Of a stretch of 48,865 bases of DNA, positions 21,954-35,532 are shown piece after piece. A program made the position numbers and the translations under genes. This DNA comes from Vitrella brassicaformis CCMP3155. Lineage: Eukaryota; Protista; Chromerida. Position 1 is the stretch's first letter, and each line of letters starts with the position of its first letter. The stretch spans positions 1 to 48,865 of the forward strand of contig CDMY01000573.1 in the NCBI GenBank assembly GCA_001179505.1, given 5' to 3'. The notes under the pieces were generated by a model that was not told the DNA's origin, ran no database searches, and saw only the letters and a program-made list of their open reading frames with translations.

Positions 21954-24357
21954 ATGCGGAAGGGGAAGGGCGAGGAGAAGGAGTTTGACTGGTCCACTGC
22001 CACATTCAAGAAGTTCCTGCTCAAGATCTCCTACATCGGGACCAACTATGCCGTCAGTCAGTCACTCACCGGCACAACCCACACAGAGATGCATCAATCC
22101 ATTCCCTGTGCTCGCCTCACATCTACATTGTGGTCTCTCTCTGAGTGTGGCATGCAGGGCCTGGCCCATCAGCTGCCGTCATCGTCGGCTCCCTCATCCA
22201 GCGAGGCAGTGTCGGCTGCGGAGAACGTGCCGACAGTTGAAGGGGAGCTGATGAAGGCATTCCTCAAGACTAAACTCATCAAGGACGTCCAGAGCTGGTG
22301 AGAGATATCGACTCATTCATTGCAATCAATGCCGGGACCTTCTGCGTGTGGGATTGGATGTGTGTGTATTGGACGTGCAGTGGTTTCTCTCGGTGCGGTC
22401 GGACAGATAAGGGCGTCCATAGCAGCGGCAACTATGTGGCACTCTTCCTCAGAACCAAGTACCCAAAAAGAGGAGCATCGAGGCAGGCAGGCTGCTGCAT
22501 CTCTCTAATCGTGCCTTTGTTTTTGTCACACACTCGAGGCCGAAGCCGGCACACCCTGACGGTTCGCAGACATGCACACACAATGGCCGGCCGCGTGGCA
22601 GTTGACATCGTGCTGTGCTGCATGTGCTGTATCGGCTGGTTCAGACCACTACAACTACGCGCAGGTCATCAATGGTGTGCTGCCCCCCGACATCCGCGTG
22701 CTGGCATTCAAGCCAGTGCCTGACGACTTTGACGCAAGGTGATTGATACTCATGCATGGACTGCTCGATCAGTGAATGAGTGGAGTGTCCCCTCTCCCTC
22801 CCTCCGTCCCTCCCTCCCTCTCTGTCTGTCTGTCTCTCTCTCTGTCTGTCTGTATGTGTGTGTCAGGTTCAACTGTCTGCGGCGTGTCTACAAGTATTTC
22901 TTCGTCCCTTTTGGCATGGACCTCGCCCTCATGAACCAGGCAGCGCAGCACTTCGTAAGTCCACACAGTCAGCATACGAACGAAAGACCAGCTAGCTGCA
23001 CATGGGGCAGCCCTCTCTGCATGGCCATCCCCTGGCTGACTTTGCAGGTCGGCGAGCATGACTTCCGCAACTTCTGCAAGCTCGATGAAAACGTGCAGCA
23101 CTTCACGTGAGCAACACAACACCTGTTTGCACACCGGCAGACAGGCAGTGGATAGTCCCCGGCCTGCCTCGACCGTTCGTCCGCTTAGGCGTCGGATCAC
23201 ATCGATTGTGATTGAGCCGTGCGATGCCAACACGGCCGTGGCGACATTTACGGGAACGGCCTTCCTCTGGCATCAGGTAGGCAGCAGGCCAACACGCAAG
23301 CCATCGGTTGATTGGCATGGTACATGCACCTGTCAGATTCGGTGTATGGTGTCGGTCCTGATGCTGGTTGGACGAGGGCTTGAGCAGCCATCCGTCATCG
23401 CTGACCTCCTAGACGTCGACAAGCATCCGCAGAAGCCACAGTAGGAGCAAATGTGAGACTGCACCAAGACCTTCTCCATGAGCGTCGATTGTGGTGTGGT
23501 GTGTCAGGTATGAGTTGGCTGACCCTGCGGGCCTTGTTCTGTTTGATTGCTTCTTCGAAGGTCGGCCGGCGGACCGGGAGGGACTCGTGTCAGTGCGTTT
23601 GCCTTGGCCAACCAGCGACACACCGGCATGGCATTCTTCCTGCCCTGCCAGGCATTCATTTTGACACGAGTGAACACCAACAGGGGCCCAGGAGGCCTGC
23701 CGACACATTCAAGGTAAGGTGGGTTGCACATGCTCACGAAAACAGAGAGATGGATGGCACAACCAACCATGGGGTCGTTCCTTCACGGCTGCCGTGTGTG
23801 CGTGCGTGTGTATGTGTGTGTGTGTGTGTGTATGTGTGTTTTCCTTCCTTGCTGCTGTAGGATATGTATGTCAACCATGTCCGGAACGCCGCTGTCTGCC
23901 GCTGCCTCGCGGGCGTCCCATCCGCCCCGACCGGCCAGCCCCCACAGGAGGCCTCTTGTGCGGCATTTCCCGGCATCCAAGGCATGGAGACGGCCTCCCA
24001 CCGACCACCAGCCCGATACAGACCTCTCATGGGTGAGTCAACCTTCACACATTCACCTACTGCCTCGGTCAGCGACTCTTCAGCTATTAGTGGTTGTGTT
24101 GCTTTGGTGGCCCAACAGATCGGCCCACGAGCACGAGCTATGACGAGCGCCTGGCGAAACTGAGAGAGAAAAAGAGGCAGACAAGTCAGGGCAAGACGGC
24201 CGACATGCCTGTGGATGGTGGGGATGAGCGCATGGAGGATGGTGGGGGTGGAAAGGGGACTGGGAAGGACGAGCCAGTGTCAGATGGTGACAGAGACAAA
24301 GACAGGGGTGATGTCAAGAGGGCACGGACACACGAGGGCTCGACGGGAGAGGGATAG
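21954..24357 (+). CDS. PUS3: tRNA pseudouridine(38/39) synthase, TruA family (Pus3/Deg1-like)
   Basis: LKISYIGTNYAGLA, CGRTDKGVHS (catalytic Asp), LPPDIRV, FDARFNCLRRVYKYF, GEHDFRNFCK and GTAFLWHQIRCMV across in-frame exons; TAG at 24355-24357. Confidence 0.9.
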
Positions 24358-25060
24358 CAGCAGCGGGGGATGAGCAGAGTGTTGATGTGTTTATTCCGTT
24401 CGCCGCGGTGGGGTGGGTGGGAACAAAGACAGACATGGATGACCACACATTATAGGGTGTGCATCAATCAGTCACTGCATGGTCACAGGGTCCCTGCAGG
24501 GTCGATCATGGGCGGCTGCATGGCGAACGCGCCTCCCTGCCCTGCCCTCCCCTCTTGCCCTGGTACACAGACCACACATACCAATCATACCAATATATTC
24601 TGCATCCATGGAAATAAATAGCAATAACACCAACCGATGAGTATACAAGACAGACAGACACACCAAGAGATCGGCAGGGATGCAGGCAGGCAAGCAGGCA
24701 GCGTAAAAGTACACACATCGTCTCGTCCCCCATCCACACACACAGCAAATTGTCAGGCGGTCGGTCGCCACCCGCAGTAACTGCGTATAGTGTAGAGGCG
24801 GACGGACACAAACACGCTGCTTCCACCAATGGGCACAAATGAATGCCGTGGCATTGCATTGGCAACGGCTGGCTGCTTGGAAAAAAGCTGAGCTACAAGA
24901 CAGACAAAACCCTCCCGGTTGCAAGCAAAAGGAAGGTCCGAGGAGTACAAATGACCACGATCGTCGAGGCGAGTCGAGGCGAGGCAACCAGGGCTGCGCT
25001 GATACGCAGCGGGCAACTGGGGACGAAGGGAGGGGGATACCTCACTCAGTCACTCACCCC

Positions 25061-28000
25061 TCATCTGTCTGTCGCCGCCCTCTCCCCCTCCCCTCTCTCT
25101 CCCTCTCCCTCTCCATCCTGCCCTCCCTGCCTGACTGCCTTTCCGCTGAGAGCAATGGCCTGCGCTCTCAGAGGGGCGGGATTCTTCCACGGCACAGGTA
25201 CCGCCGCAGTCACCGAGTCCGACAGTGTCCGATCACCCCTAGCCGGGCTCCTGACACCATCCACCACCTCTGCTGGCCGTGGCGGCGCCTCGACAGTGAC
25301 GAGCGGCACTGCTGCCGGGTGGTCCGACATCGCCCGATCTCTCTCCTCATCCCTCACCTCCCTCACTCTCACAGGAGCGTTGAGCGTCTTTGTGTGGAGG
25401 CTCAGGGGCGGGGACCCCTGTGGGTAGTGCCGGTGGCGGGAGAGATACAGCGAGTGGTCCAGCATCCTGTTGGACGCCCGCAGAGACGGCCGGCCATCCG
25501 CTGGCGCGTCATGGATCGACCGGTATGGCGAGACGGGAGACAGCCCGCCGGACCGGAACGGTCTGCCGCGGCCGGGGGGCGGTGGCTGGGGGGTCATGGG
25601 CAGGCGGATGCGATGGGTTCTATCCACTGGCGGGACGGTGTCGTCGTCTCTGTCATCCTCATCTCCGTCAGGCTCCAGCTCCATCTCACCCGTGGCGGGG
25701 TTGTAGACCATGGCCCCCTCGACCCGTGCCAGACGGAAGTCCAGCCGTCCTTTGCCCCCCTCGCGCCGCTCGGTGGGCGACGCTGGCGGAGGAAGGCGGT
25801 AGGGGGGAGGCAGGTCCGCAGAGGCCGCATGGGGCCGCGACTCAGGGAGGTCATCCCCGTCCGAGTGCGTCTCTCTGGGGTTCTCTCCGTGTCTCGCTGG
25901 CTGCTCAGCGCCACCTCTGTCGGTTTGTGGTCTCGCCTCCTGCTTGCTGTCGTCGGCCAGCCCCTTCTTGCCATTGGCTGGAGGCTTGACAGCAATGGTC
26001 ACTTTGGGGGGCGCCTTCGGTGGCGCTTTGGGACGTCTGGGCGGCTCTGGTGGGGCCGACACACGAGCAGCTGCTGTTGGCGGCAGCTTGGGCGACACTC
26101 GCTCAGCCTCGCCCGCCTTGATGACCTCTTCCACTGCACCGCTGTCGCCGTCATTGCCGTGTCGCTCCTCGGCTTCGTCGAATGAGACCATCTTGCTAGG
26201 CTTGGACGTGTCGACCGCCTTGGGGTGCTTGGGGGTGCCCTCCACGCCCAGCCTGGCGAATGGCGACGAGAGGCCGTCGGGTCGGTCCTCGAGCCCCGGG
26301 TGGCTGTCGTTGGACGGGGGAGACGCCTCGGGCGACTCCTGGCATGATGACTCCTTGTCTCTGTCCGACCGGTCCTTCTTGTGGTGGTGGTGGTTGTGGG
26401 GGCCGCTGGAGTGGCGGCGGGCCAGTCGCTCGGCTCGCTCGCGCTCGGCCTTCTCGCGCTGCTCCTTACGGACCTGCACAGGGGAGGGGTGCCAGAGTGA
26501 TCAGTACACACAAGTGCTGCATCGGCTGGGCAGTGTGGTGGGAGGGGAGAGTGCCACTGACTGACTGACTGACCTTCGCATAGATGTTCTCCTTGCGGGC
26601 CTTGTTGAGCTCATCGCGGAAGGCGCCGAACTTGGCCAAAATGTCGACGGCCGGCTGACGGACGGCAGAACCAAACAATACACACACACACACACACACA
26701 GAGGGTCATGATCACGGATAGTGGGAGGCTGCAGTCTCGTGTGTTTTGTTTGCCCACCGTTCTTCGTTCGGCGAAGAGCGGCGGCAGCTCTTTGCAAAGC
26801 GCTTCGAGCTCCTCCAGACGGGCTTTGAGCTTCAACAGATCATGGTCCGCATCCTGCACACACCACACAGGACACAGACTTGTGTGTGCATGTGTGTGCT
26901 GAGAGTCTGCTGAGACTCCCTCGCCTTAATGAAGGTTTCCATGGCGTCCTTAAATTTGGGCTCGTAGTTGTGAGCGTCGATCTCCGTCTTGACCGTCCGC
27001 ACCGACCCATCCAGCGCCTTGAGCCGTTTCTTCTCCTCCTCTATCTCCACCTGCACACACACACGCACTCGCACGTGTGAGGAGTGCTCCCACTCCCCAG
27101 GCCGCCCCTCCCTCACCTTAGACGCGTCTACACATGGCTGGAGGTCGTCGAGGATGGCCCACGCGGCGGGATACTGCTCGTCGATCAGCGCGGCGATGAA
27201 CCGCAGCATCGACGTCGACCTGTCCACGGACTGGATCTTGCTCAGCAAGCCCAGGGCGTCCAGCGAAAAGCCACGCACACCACCTACACACATCCACACA
27301 CACAGAGCACATTGCTCGGTGCACCATCAGCGTGTGTTGGGGCTGGGCAGGTGGGCCTTTACCTACCTCTGTTGGTTCCGTGGTTGAGGTAGTTGCCGGC
27401 CCGCAGCACCACGCCGAGGACCATCCGGAGGGCAGTGGATCTCTTGATGCGGCTGATGGCATCGGTGACGCAGGCGAACTTCTCCTCCAGACCCTGACGC
27501 TCGTCCTTGAACGTCCCACGACTGACCGACCAACACACAATGGCACAAACACGGAAAACCCTCCCTGCCTGCCTCGCTCTCTCACCAGATGCAGCACTGC
27601 GCCCGCTGCTTGAACCGGTCGATTGTCAGCAGGTCCTTCAGGAATGCCTCACCCTGACATGCACACCCACACCCATACAACACCATGACCTCTGCTGCCC
27701 GTGAGATCCCTCCCCGTTGTCACTTCTCAGTCACCTTGGCGAGTGGCGGTGTGTCAGGTCCGGGGAGGAAGGCGTCGAGCTGTTTCTTCTCTTCGTCGGT
27801 TGGGTAGACGTCCATGAGTGCCCTCAGGTTGTCGAGAGGGAAGCTCGAGAGGTCCAGCTCCATGACACACGTCCGCACGGGCTCAACCGACTTGATGCCA
27901 AGACCGTTGAGCATAATCTCCAGGTTGGACGATCGCTTTGTGTCGAGGATGTTCGTCACCTTCACACACACATGCAGAGTGGAGTGATGGATGTGTGGTT

Positions 28001-31000
28001 TGTTGGTTGGTTGGCTGTGTCGACACACACCGACTTACTTACCGCTTTGCGTTTGTTGCCCGGCGTGAGTGCGCTCTTCGCCTTGGCCTCCTCTTCTGCC
28101 TTGTCTGAAAAGAAAAGCTCCGTGAACGACTGAACGAAGGAACCAACACACACAGACGGTGTGTACGATGGACTCCCACTGTGTCTCTCTGTGTGTCCCT
28201 GCCTCTACACTCACGCTATAGTTAATGGTGAGTTTGGCCGGTTTGACGGGTCTGGGCCCCTTGGACGGCGTCGACTTGGCGTGGCTGGGCGACCTGCTGG
28301 CCACCGGCGGCTCCTCCTCAGCATCATGGTGACCCTCGTCGACCTCCTTGACCACTTCGAACGCCGGCGGCAGCTTGGCCTCGTCCACCAACAGAGTCTC
28401 CCACAACGTCCCTAGCGTCTGCACAACACAACACAAGACAACACAAGACACACAGACTCTCAGTGCTCACCTGTCAGTCTGTCCGTTGGTGTGCACCCAC
28501 CTTGTTATCCGAAACGGCCTGCCACTGCACGCGCTTGCCCGTCTTGCCGGGCGGCGGGGCGGGGCCGAAGTCTACGGGCGGCAACTCCACTGATGGTGCG
28601 CCACCGAACTTGCCGAACTTTCCTGGCGCCTTGCCCTTGCTGATCGGCGGACCCTTCTTAGGCAGACGCTTGCCCATTGGCGGAGGGGGCCTCGCTGGCG
28701 ACGCTGCCGGGGTGCTCACAGGGGTGGTCTCCCTTGCCCCCGATGGCACCTCTCCGTCAGACTCTGCCGCAGCTGCCGGTGCCTTGGCCCTGACCATGGG
28801 AGGTGGGCGTGGCGGTGCCGCGCCTGGCGGCCTCCCGGGTGGAGCAGCCCCTGGCGGCCTCGCAGCTGGCGGAGCTGAGCCTGGCGGACGGCCGGGCGGT
28901 CTCGCACCAGGAGGCCTCTTGGGTGGCAACGCCTCGCCACCCCCTGCCTGCGGCGGCAGTGACGTTGGTGCAGACGCATCTTGTGGTAAGGGCACCTCGA
29001 CCATCGGTGGCCGGCTCGGAGGGGGGCCAGGGGGACGGGAGCCAGGCGGTCTTGATGGCATTGGCGGCACCTGTGCGGTGGTGGCCGTGGGAGGTGGTCC
29101 CGGAGGCTTTGCTCCAGGTGGCCGGCAGGGAAGAGGGGGAGCTGGCGCTGGGGCGGTCGCTGACGGAACGACCTCTGACGCCGAATCACTAGCAGCTAGC
29201 GGCGGCCTCTTGGGCGGTGGCCCGGGAGGTCTTGCACCCGGTGGCCTCATCGGTGGCCGCATTTTTGGCACCACAATGCCCTCCGACACGTCCACCTCAT
29301 CGGCAGCCGTCGGTGTCCCCACTGGCGGCGGTCCAGGGGGTCGTGCACCGGGTGGCCTCGCAGGCCTGACTGTGGCGGGAGGTGGGCCGGGAGGGCGCAC
29401 CGGGCCCGATGTTGTTGTGTCTTGTGTGGGGGGTGATGGTGGCGGCCTCGATGGACATGGGCCCGGTGGCCGAGCGTTGGGTGGTCGCACGGGAGCACGG
29501 AAAGGGAGAGGCAGCGAGGGGGGCGCAGGTGCAGCGACGGCTGCTTGGTGGGAGTCGTCAGCCGGTGCTGATGGTGGCTCCTCTGTGGGCGGTGCTGACG
29601 ACGACTGCGTGGGTGGCGGGCCGGGTGGTTTGGCGCCAGGGGGACGCACAGGGGGCCTACGGGGAGGGCGTGGTGGGGGTCTTGTCGGCGACGAGGCAGG
29701 AAGGAGAGGGGCTGACACATCCTGACCTGGAAAGGTGGAGAGATCGATCATCAGGACAGACAGGACACACGGAATGTGAAACCTCAGCTGCACAGCGTGT
29801 GCATCGTGTGCATCGTTTCTCCCAACCTTGTGCCGGCGCTTCCGTTGCAGCGCCTGCCTCCGGCTCTCCCTGTGGTGCGATGGGGGCCACTGATGACGCC
29901 AACACACTCGCCACTTGGCTGTCCATATCGCCGAGGTCCCTGACCAACTCGCCCAGTGCCGCCAAGGCCTGACTTATCCTCTCGGCTGTCTCGGTGCTGG
30001 TGCCGGGGGCAGCGAACTCGCTCGTTGGCGACGCTGTGGTGGTGGTTGGTCCGGATGCTGACGTGAGGACCGACTCGAGGCCCTTGACCTTCGGCACCAC
30101 AGACGCAACCCGCTGCAAGGAAGGAGCGACAAATACATAAATGGGTCAGGCAGTCGGTCAGTCCCAAAGGCATCCATGTCATGTGATTCTCACTCACCTC
30201 GCGGAAAGCCTCCAGCAATGCCCTCGGTGCGACATCCATGACACCCTTTGGGAACGTCTCGCCTCTGCCGACCTTGCCCAACTTGGCCCTGCCCTTGGGC
30301 GGCGGGGGCGACAGCTGGGGCGACCCTCCCTTCTGCACACCACCACCCGCACCCGGGGCCCTGGGCGGCAGCGTCTTCTTGGATGGCGGCCGCCCTTGCG
30401 CAGGGACACATGAGGGCGGCTCGATGGACACGAACCCCTCTGTGTGCCGCGTGGCGCCCGGGTCGACCTGATGCCAGTCGGCCTTGCCGTCGGAGCCCGC
30501 CCCCTTGGTGGCGCTGGAGGTGGGGCTGCCTCCCTCGGACGATGACGGCTCCGTGTCGATCTTGGGGGGGCCCTGCATGGGCTGCTTGCGCTGGCGGCTG
30601 AGGGCCACAGTCTTGTCGTGAATCGACTCTGACACGACACACACGAGAGATGGATGGAAGAAAGAACAGACACGTGGAGCGGCTGGCATGTGTGGTGGTG
30701 CGGTGGGTGGGTGTTTACTGCAGAGGAGGTCTTCTCTTTCGCGCAGGTCGCCGAGTTTCCTCAGCAGCAGCTGTCGGGTGAGAGTGCCAAAGGCCCACCG
30801 CAGCATCGTCTCGCGGGCTTGGGGCAGCAGCCGGCAAAACGTGTTCAACGCAGTCGCCTGCACCCCACACAAAGACAGATCAGCCCTCCCTCTTTCAGTA
30901 CATTCCTGCGGGCCCCCTGGCTCAGTTCACTGGCTGACCTGGTAGAGCTTCTCGAAGACGTCCCCCTGTGTGCGTGCTATGACGAGTATCTTGCGGGCGT

Positions 31001-33552
31001 TTGCGATGGTGGTCTGCAGCTTCTGGCTCATCTCCACCAGAAGGGAATCACCGATAGGCGACGACGATGAACTGCTGCCCGACGAGAAGATCTGCATCTT
31101 GATGGCCTGATTTTATGGTGAGCCACGGCACAGCACAGCACAGTCCAGTACACTTGTGTGTGTGCCTGTTGTCAGCTGGCTCACCGAAACGAGGCCCTTC
31201 CTTTGCGCTTTCTGATTTTGGTTCTGCTGCCCCGTGACTTTGGACTCAATGTCAGTCAGAGTCTCCATCACTTGCCTGATCGATGCGATACATGGGAGGA
31301 GGAATAAGGCGACCACACACAGTCCAGCCACACACTCGCACCATCCCCCCTCCCTGTTGGCTTACGAGCAAGTGGATGAGAGCAGGTTGAAGAGCCTCTG
31401 TGACTGCGTCATGAGGTCCCTCTGGTCGGTGGTGCCCTTCTCCCACTCGTCCAGCACAGACGTCAGCGAAGAGTCGTCGTCGGCCACCACACCCACATCA
31501 CGCGACGAGTAACGCAGCAACTGGCTCTCGAGGAACTCACTCTCCTCGCCGCACGATGAGTCGCCCGGCAGACGCACTCGCGAGCTGGGCGAACCACCAC
31601 TAGACACTGCACACAGACAGCCATCAACACAACACATGGGATGAACACAATGATGAAAGAGGCGGCGAGGCGGCCTGTGTGTGGGGGGTCTGGTCTGGTC
31701 ACTCAGGCACCCACCTGTGTCGATTGCCCCGTCGCCGATCATGACGTACGATCCCTCCGATGACGAATTCTCGAATCTACCCCTGACAGACGCACACAGA
31801 CACCAACACACGTGCCGACACGAAAGCGATGTGATGCTGGCTGGAGTCAGTCAGTGCGATCGATGTACCTCACCTGCCCAGCCCCATGCGATACTGGTGT
31901 AGCTGCTCCTTGAGCCTCTCCAGCTCCTGCGACTGACGCGACACCTCCTCCGATTTCTCACGCAAGGCAGTACCGGCCGCCTCCTTCTCGGCATTGAGGT
32001 TCATGAGGCGGTTCTGGTAGATCTTGATGTCGTCGGCTACCTGCCGGTGCGCGCGCTTCTCCTTGTCCCGCTCCTCACGGACCAGCCGGAGCTGACGATA
32101 CAGCTCGTCAAACGACGTGAATGCCTTGCCGCGGTCCTATCAATCACACGCACACAGAAACAAACACATACCCTCGTCAACACCAGCCATTGTATTTATG
32201 GCCGGCTGGCCCACCGAGTCAGGGTCCGATTTCGCGATGATCCTTAGGTGCTGCAGCTCCTCCTCAGTCTCCTGCGTCATTCGCTTGATGCGCTGCTCGT
32301 ACTCCTCGTCCTTCTCGCGCAGCCGCTCAACCAACTCAGTGTAGGTGAAGGTTGTGGGCTGCCTCGGGTCGCGAGGCTGACGACCAGGGGAGTGCCGGAG
32401 CGGTGGCAGGCCCGGCGATGGCGGGCTGCTCTTGCAGCTGCCGAAGCTGCGGTCGCTCTCGGTGCCGGGTGACAGCCGCTCGCGGATGCTGCCCGACGGG
32501 CGGGGGGAGGGGGTGGGGCCGCGCTCGGGAGGCAGGGCGGGCGACTTGATCTCACGGCCTGCATGGATATATGGGGATGGAGGGGCGAGGGGGAGGGAGG
32601 AAGGAGAGATGTCGTTGATGTGATGTGGTGTGGGTGGCTTTGATGTTCGTACCTGTCATCTGTTCCATGAGCCGTTTAATTTCGCTTTCCTTCTCTTGCA
32701 GCCGGGTGGTCCACGCCTCTTCGTCAGCTATGCGGCGCTGCTCGTACTCCTCGCGCATGAGGCTGAACACAACACACATACAGAACACACAAACACATAT
32801 ATATAACGCACCAGATGACGGACAGCTCTGTGGCTGCATCTCACTCACTTGAGTCGTTCGTCCATCTCCCGCACCCTCTCTTCCCCCACCATGGTAGTGG
32901 GTGTGGCATGGCCAGCTATCGGCCCCGCACCCACACCCACGACCACGGCATCACCATCTTCATCACCATCACCATCACCTCCACACTGCACCTGGGCGTC
33001 TGCCCGCCTGCCGTCCTTGTAGGTCTGGTCGCGATAGCTCTGGATGGTCAGGTTCTTCATCTCGATCGCCCTCGTCAGCGACTCGCAGCTCGTCTGGATC
33101 GCCTGCTTTTCGCGCTGCAGTCTCGCCATGTCGTGCTGCAGCCCCCTGTTCTCCAAATCTAGCTGGTGCACGAGCTGCTCGAGCTCCTTCATGCGCCTGC
33201 GGTCGCTGGCAGACATCAGAGGAGCGGCAGACGGCGTCATGGGCGACTGGAAGGCGGGCTGATTGCTGCTTGCGGCAGGCGACTCCATGGCAGGGGCGGT
33301 GGTGTGACCAGGATCGGCCGCAGGGGGGTGGTCGGATACGGCAGCTGCAGCAGCTGCAGCTGCGGCATCTCCAGGTGGCTGGCCGGCCGCATCTATGGCC
33401 TCGTTGAGATGAGCAAAGGTCTCCTCCTCGTTCGTTGCGTCCGAAGGCTGATCCATGGCCGCTGGCGGCGAGTTCTGCTGCTCGTCGTTGTGACCATTGC
33501 TGTCGGGAGGGGGAGCCTCGCTGAGGTCCTCAGGAGTTTCCTCTCCGTTCAT
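25061..33552 (-). CDS. Large formin: N-terminal coiled coils, very long Pro-rich FH1, FH2, low-complexity C-terminal tail; 3' end approximate
   Basis: FH1 at about 28500-29720. FH2 motifs RVQW, TLWE, ILDTKRSSNLEIML, YPTDEE, VLRAGNYLN, GFSLDALGLLSKIQS...SMLRFIA and FGAFRDEL. Exon junctions checked by hand from 33552 are phase-compatible, apart from the first junction near 32990-32762. Confidence 0.85.
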
Positions 33553-33784
33553 GACAGATGATGATCAGGAAAGGAGTGGCATTGCGGAGATTTTTCTCCT
33601 GCGCTTATGGCTACCGTCGCTACGGAAAGGTGTCGTCGACGCTCTATCATCCAATCGTTGCTTACTCCGAAAAAGCAGCTTGAAAGTCGCAAAGCTTAGG
33701 GTGCTTCCTGAAACCGCTGCTGTTGCTAAAGGTGCAGGATGCTGTGGAGGCCAGGAGTGAGCAAGATCTGCCCCACCTCCAAAG

Positions 33785-35366
33785 ATGAATAGTGCCTTCG
33801 CACTGCATGTGCGGTCGTGTTGCATCCTCGCTGCTCTGAGCGACGCTGCCGCCTTCCACGCCAGCCGACTCGCCCCGCAGCTGCCACGTGCAGGTCTGCC
33901 TCTCACTCGTCGCTTCTCCGCAGTGCAGCACAAGACCGCATCTTCAGCAGTGGACGTCATCGGCATGGCTGAGGCGCCGAAAACAGCTGCTGGTGGGCAT
34001 TCACACACCACATCCAGACGGACACGCATGACTGCACTGATGGATGTGCGAGTGGATTGCAGCTCTGATTATCGGCGATGAGGTACTAAGGGGAAAGACG
34101 CTGGACACCAACAGCCACACGCTGGCGAAGCTCTTGTTTCGGTGCGGCGTGACGCTTCGCAAGATAGAGGTCATCAGCGACGAGATAGAGGTCATCAGTG
34201 AGGCCGTCAAGCGGCTCTCTGACACACACGACATCCTCTTCACGTCGGGAGGAATTGGGCCGACGCACGAGTGAGCCAAGACACACCAACGGCAGGTGTA
34301 CGTGATGGTTTTCTGCCGTCGCCATTTCTGTGCAGCGATATGACATATGAGGCGATCGGCCAGGCGTTTGACGCGCCGCTGGAATATCACCAGCCCACTC
34401 TCGCGGCCATGGAGGACTTTTATGCGCAGAAGTAAGTGAACAGATGAACACACGCGCACACACACACACACACACACGAGGAGACTTTCCCTCTGTGTGT
34501 GCTTGTATTGATGGCATACATCAGGCATCCTGACCACCTGCCGTTGAATGATGCGCGTAAGCGGATGGCGCTCATCCCTGCCGGCTCGACGGTGTACAAC
34601 ACCGAGGGGCTGTGGGTGCCGCTGGTGCGTGTCCGCAATGTCCACATACTGCCCGGAGTGCCACACCTCTTTGCCAAGATGCTCACCGCAAACCAAGACC
34701 TCTTCAAGGCCAAAAGTGAGTGAACTTCCCTACTATAGTTGACCAACGATTGCGCACGTCGCGTCCATGTGTGGCTGGATGGATGGCATCTCTGTCGATC
34801 TGTGCAGATGTCAGCTTTTATCGTCGCATCATCTACACGTCAATGGCTGAGGGCTCGATCGCCGGCATCCTGGGTGATGCCGCCAAGGCATGCCCCGAGG
34901 TGTCCATCGGCTCCTACCCCCGGAGCCTCTTCCCGTCCAACGAACACGGCAAGACAGACACAGACCTCCCACCTGGTGAGAGTGCAAAGAGCGGGGCCAG
35001 CACCATCGTGACCGACCAAGGGAAAGTGTACCATACGCTACAGGTCGGTCGGTCGTGCAGACATATACATCGATTGCTGCATGATGGATGTGTTGACTGA
35101 CGTCCGCGTACATGTCATGTGTATGCGTGTTGGATGGATGAATGCAGTTCTACGTGTGCGTCACGGTCGAGGGGCGGGAGGAGAGTTCGGTGCTGAGGGT
35201 GGCAGACGACCTCCTGCAGGTCTGTCTGTCAGTCAGAGTGCATGTGCGATGCGCGTGAACACCCGCTCCTCTCTGTGTCTGGGTCTGTTCATCTCCCTGA
35301 TTGCAGAAGTTGGGTCACGATGCCGAGCTGCATGAGGAAGACGTCCGAGTACAGAGCAAAATATGA
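33785..35366 (+). CDS. Stand-alone molybdopterin-binding (MoCF_biosynth/CinA-N, FLAD1-like) domain protein with a bipartite leader
   Basis: ALIIGDEVLRGKTLDTNSHTLAK, TSGGIGPTHDDMTYEAIGQAF, RKRMALIP and VHILPGVP motifs; C-terminal EVSIGSYP; TGA at 35364-35366. Confidence 0.85.
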
Positions 35367-35532
35367 ATGTGATGCGGGATGCATTCATGGCACTCGGACA
35401 AATGTCGGGCCGCTGTTTTGACGTTTTGTGCGTGGAATTGGACTGGCCAGTACTGTACATGACGCAGCTGGCAAGAGCTGCACGGCCAGAATGATTAAAG
35501 ATCCTCGCCGCGATCAAACCTTTCCGGCAGAG

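Noticed and set aside
28463-29725. 420-aa Gly-rich plus-strand ORF, and many similar overlapping ORFs in the track
   Set aside because: These are antisense shadows of GC-rich coding exons, here the formin FH1.
29770-29826. CTRCTRC motif in ORF 29657-30118 as a heme- or Zn-binding site
   Set aside because: It lies in the phase-1 intron (about 29826-29729) and derives from a GCACACGAT microrepeat.
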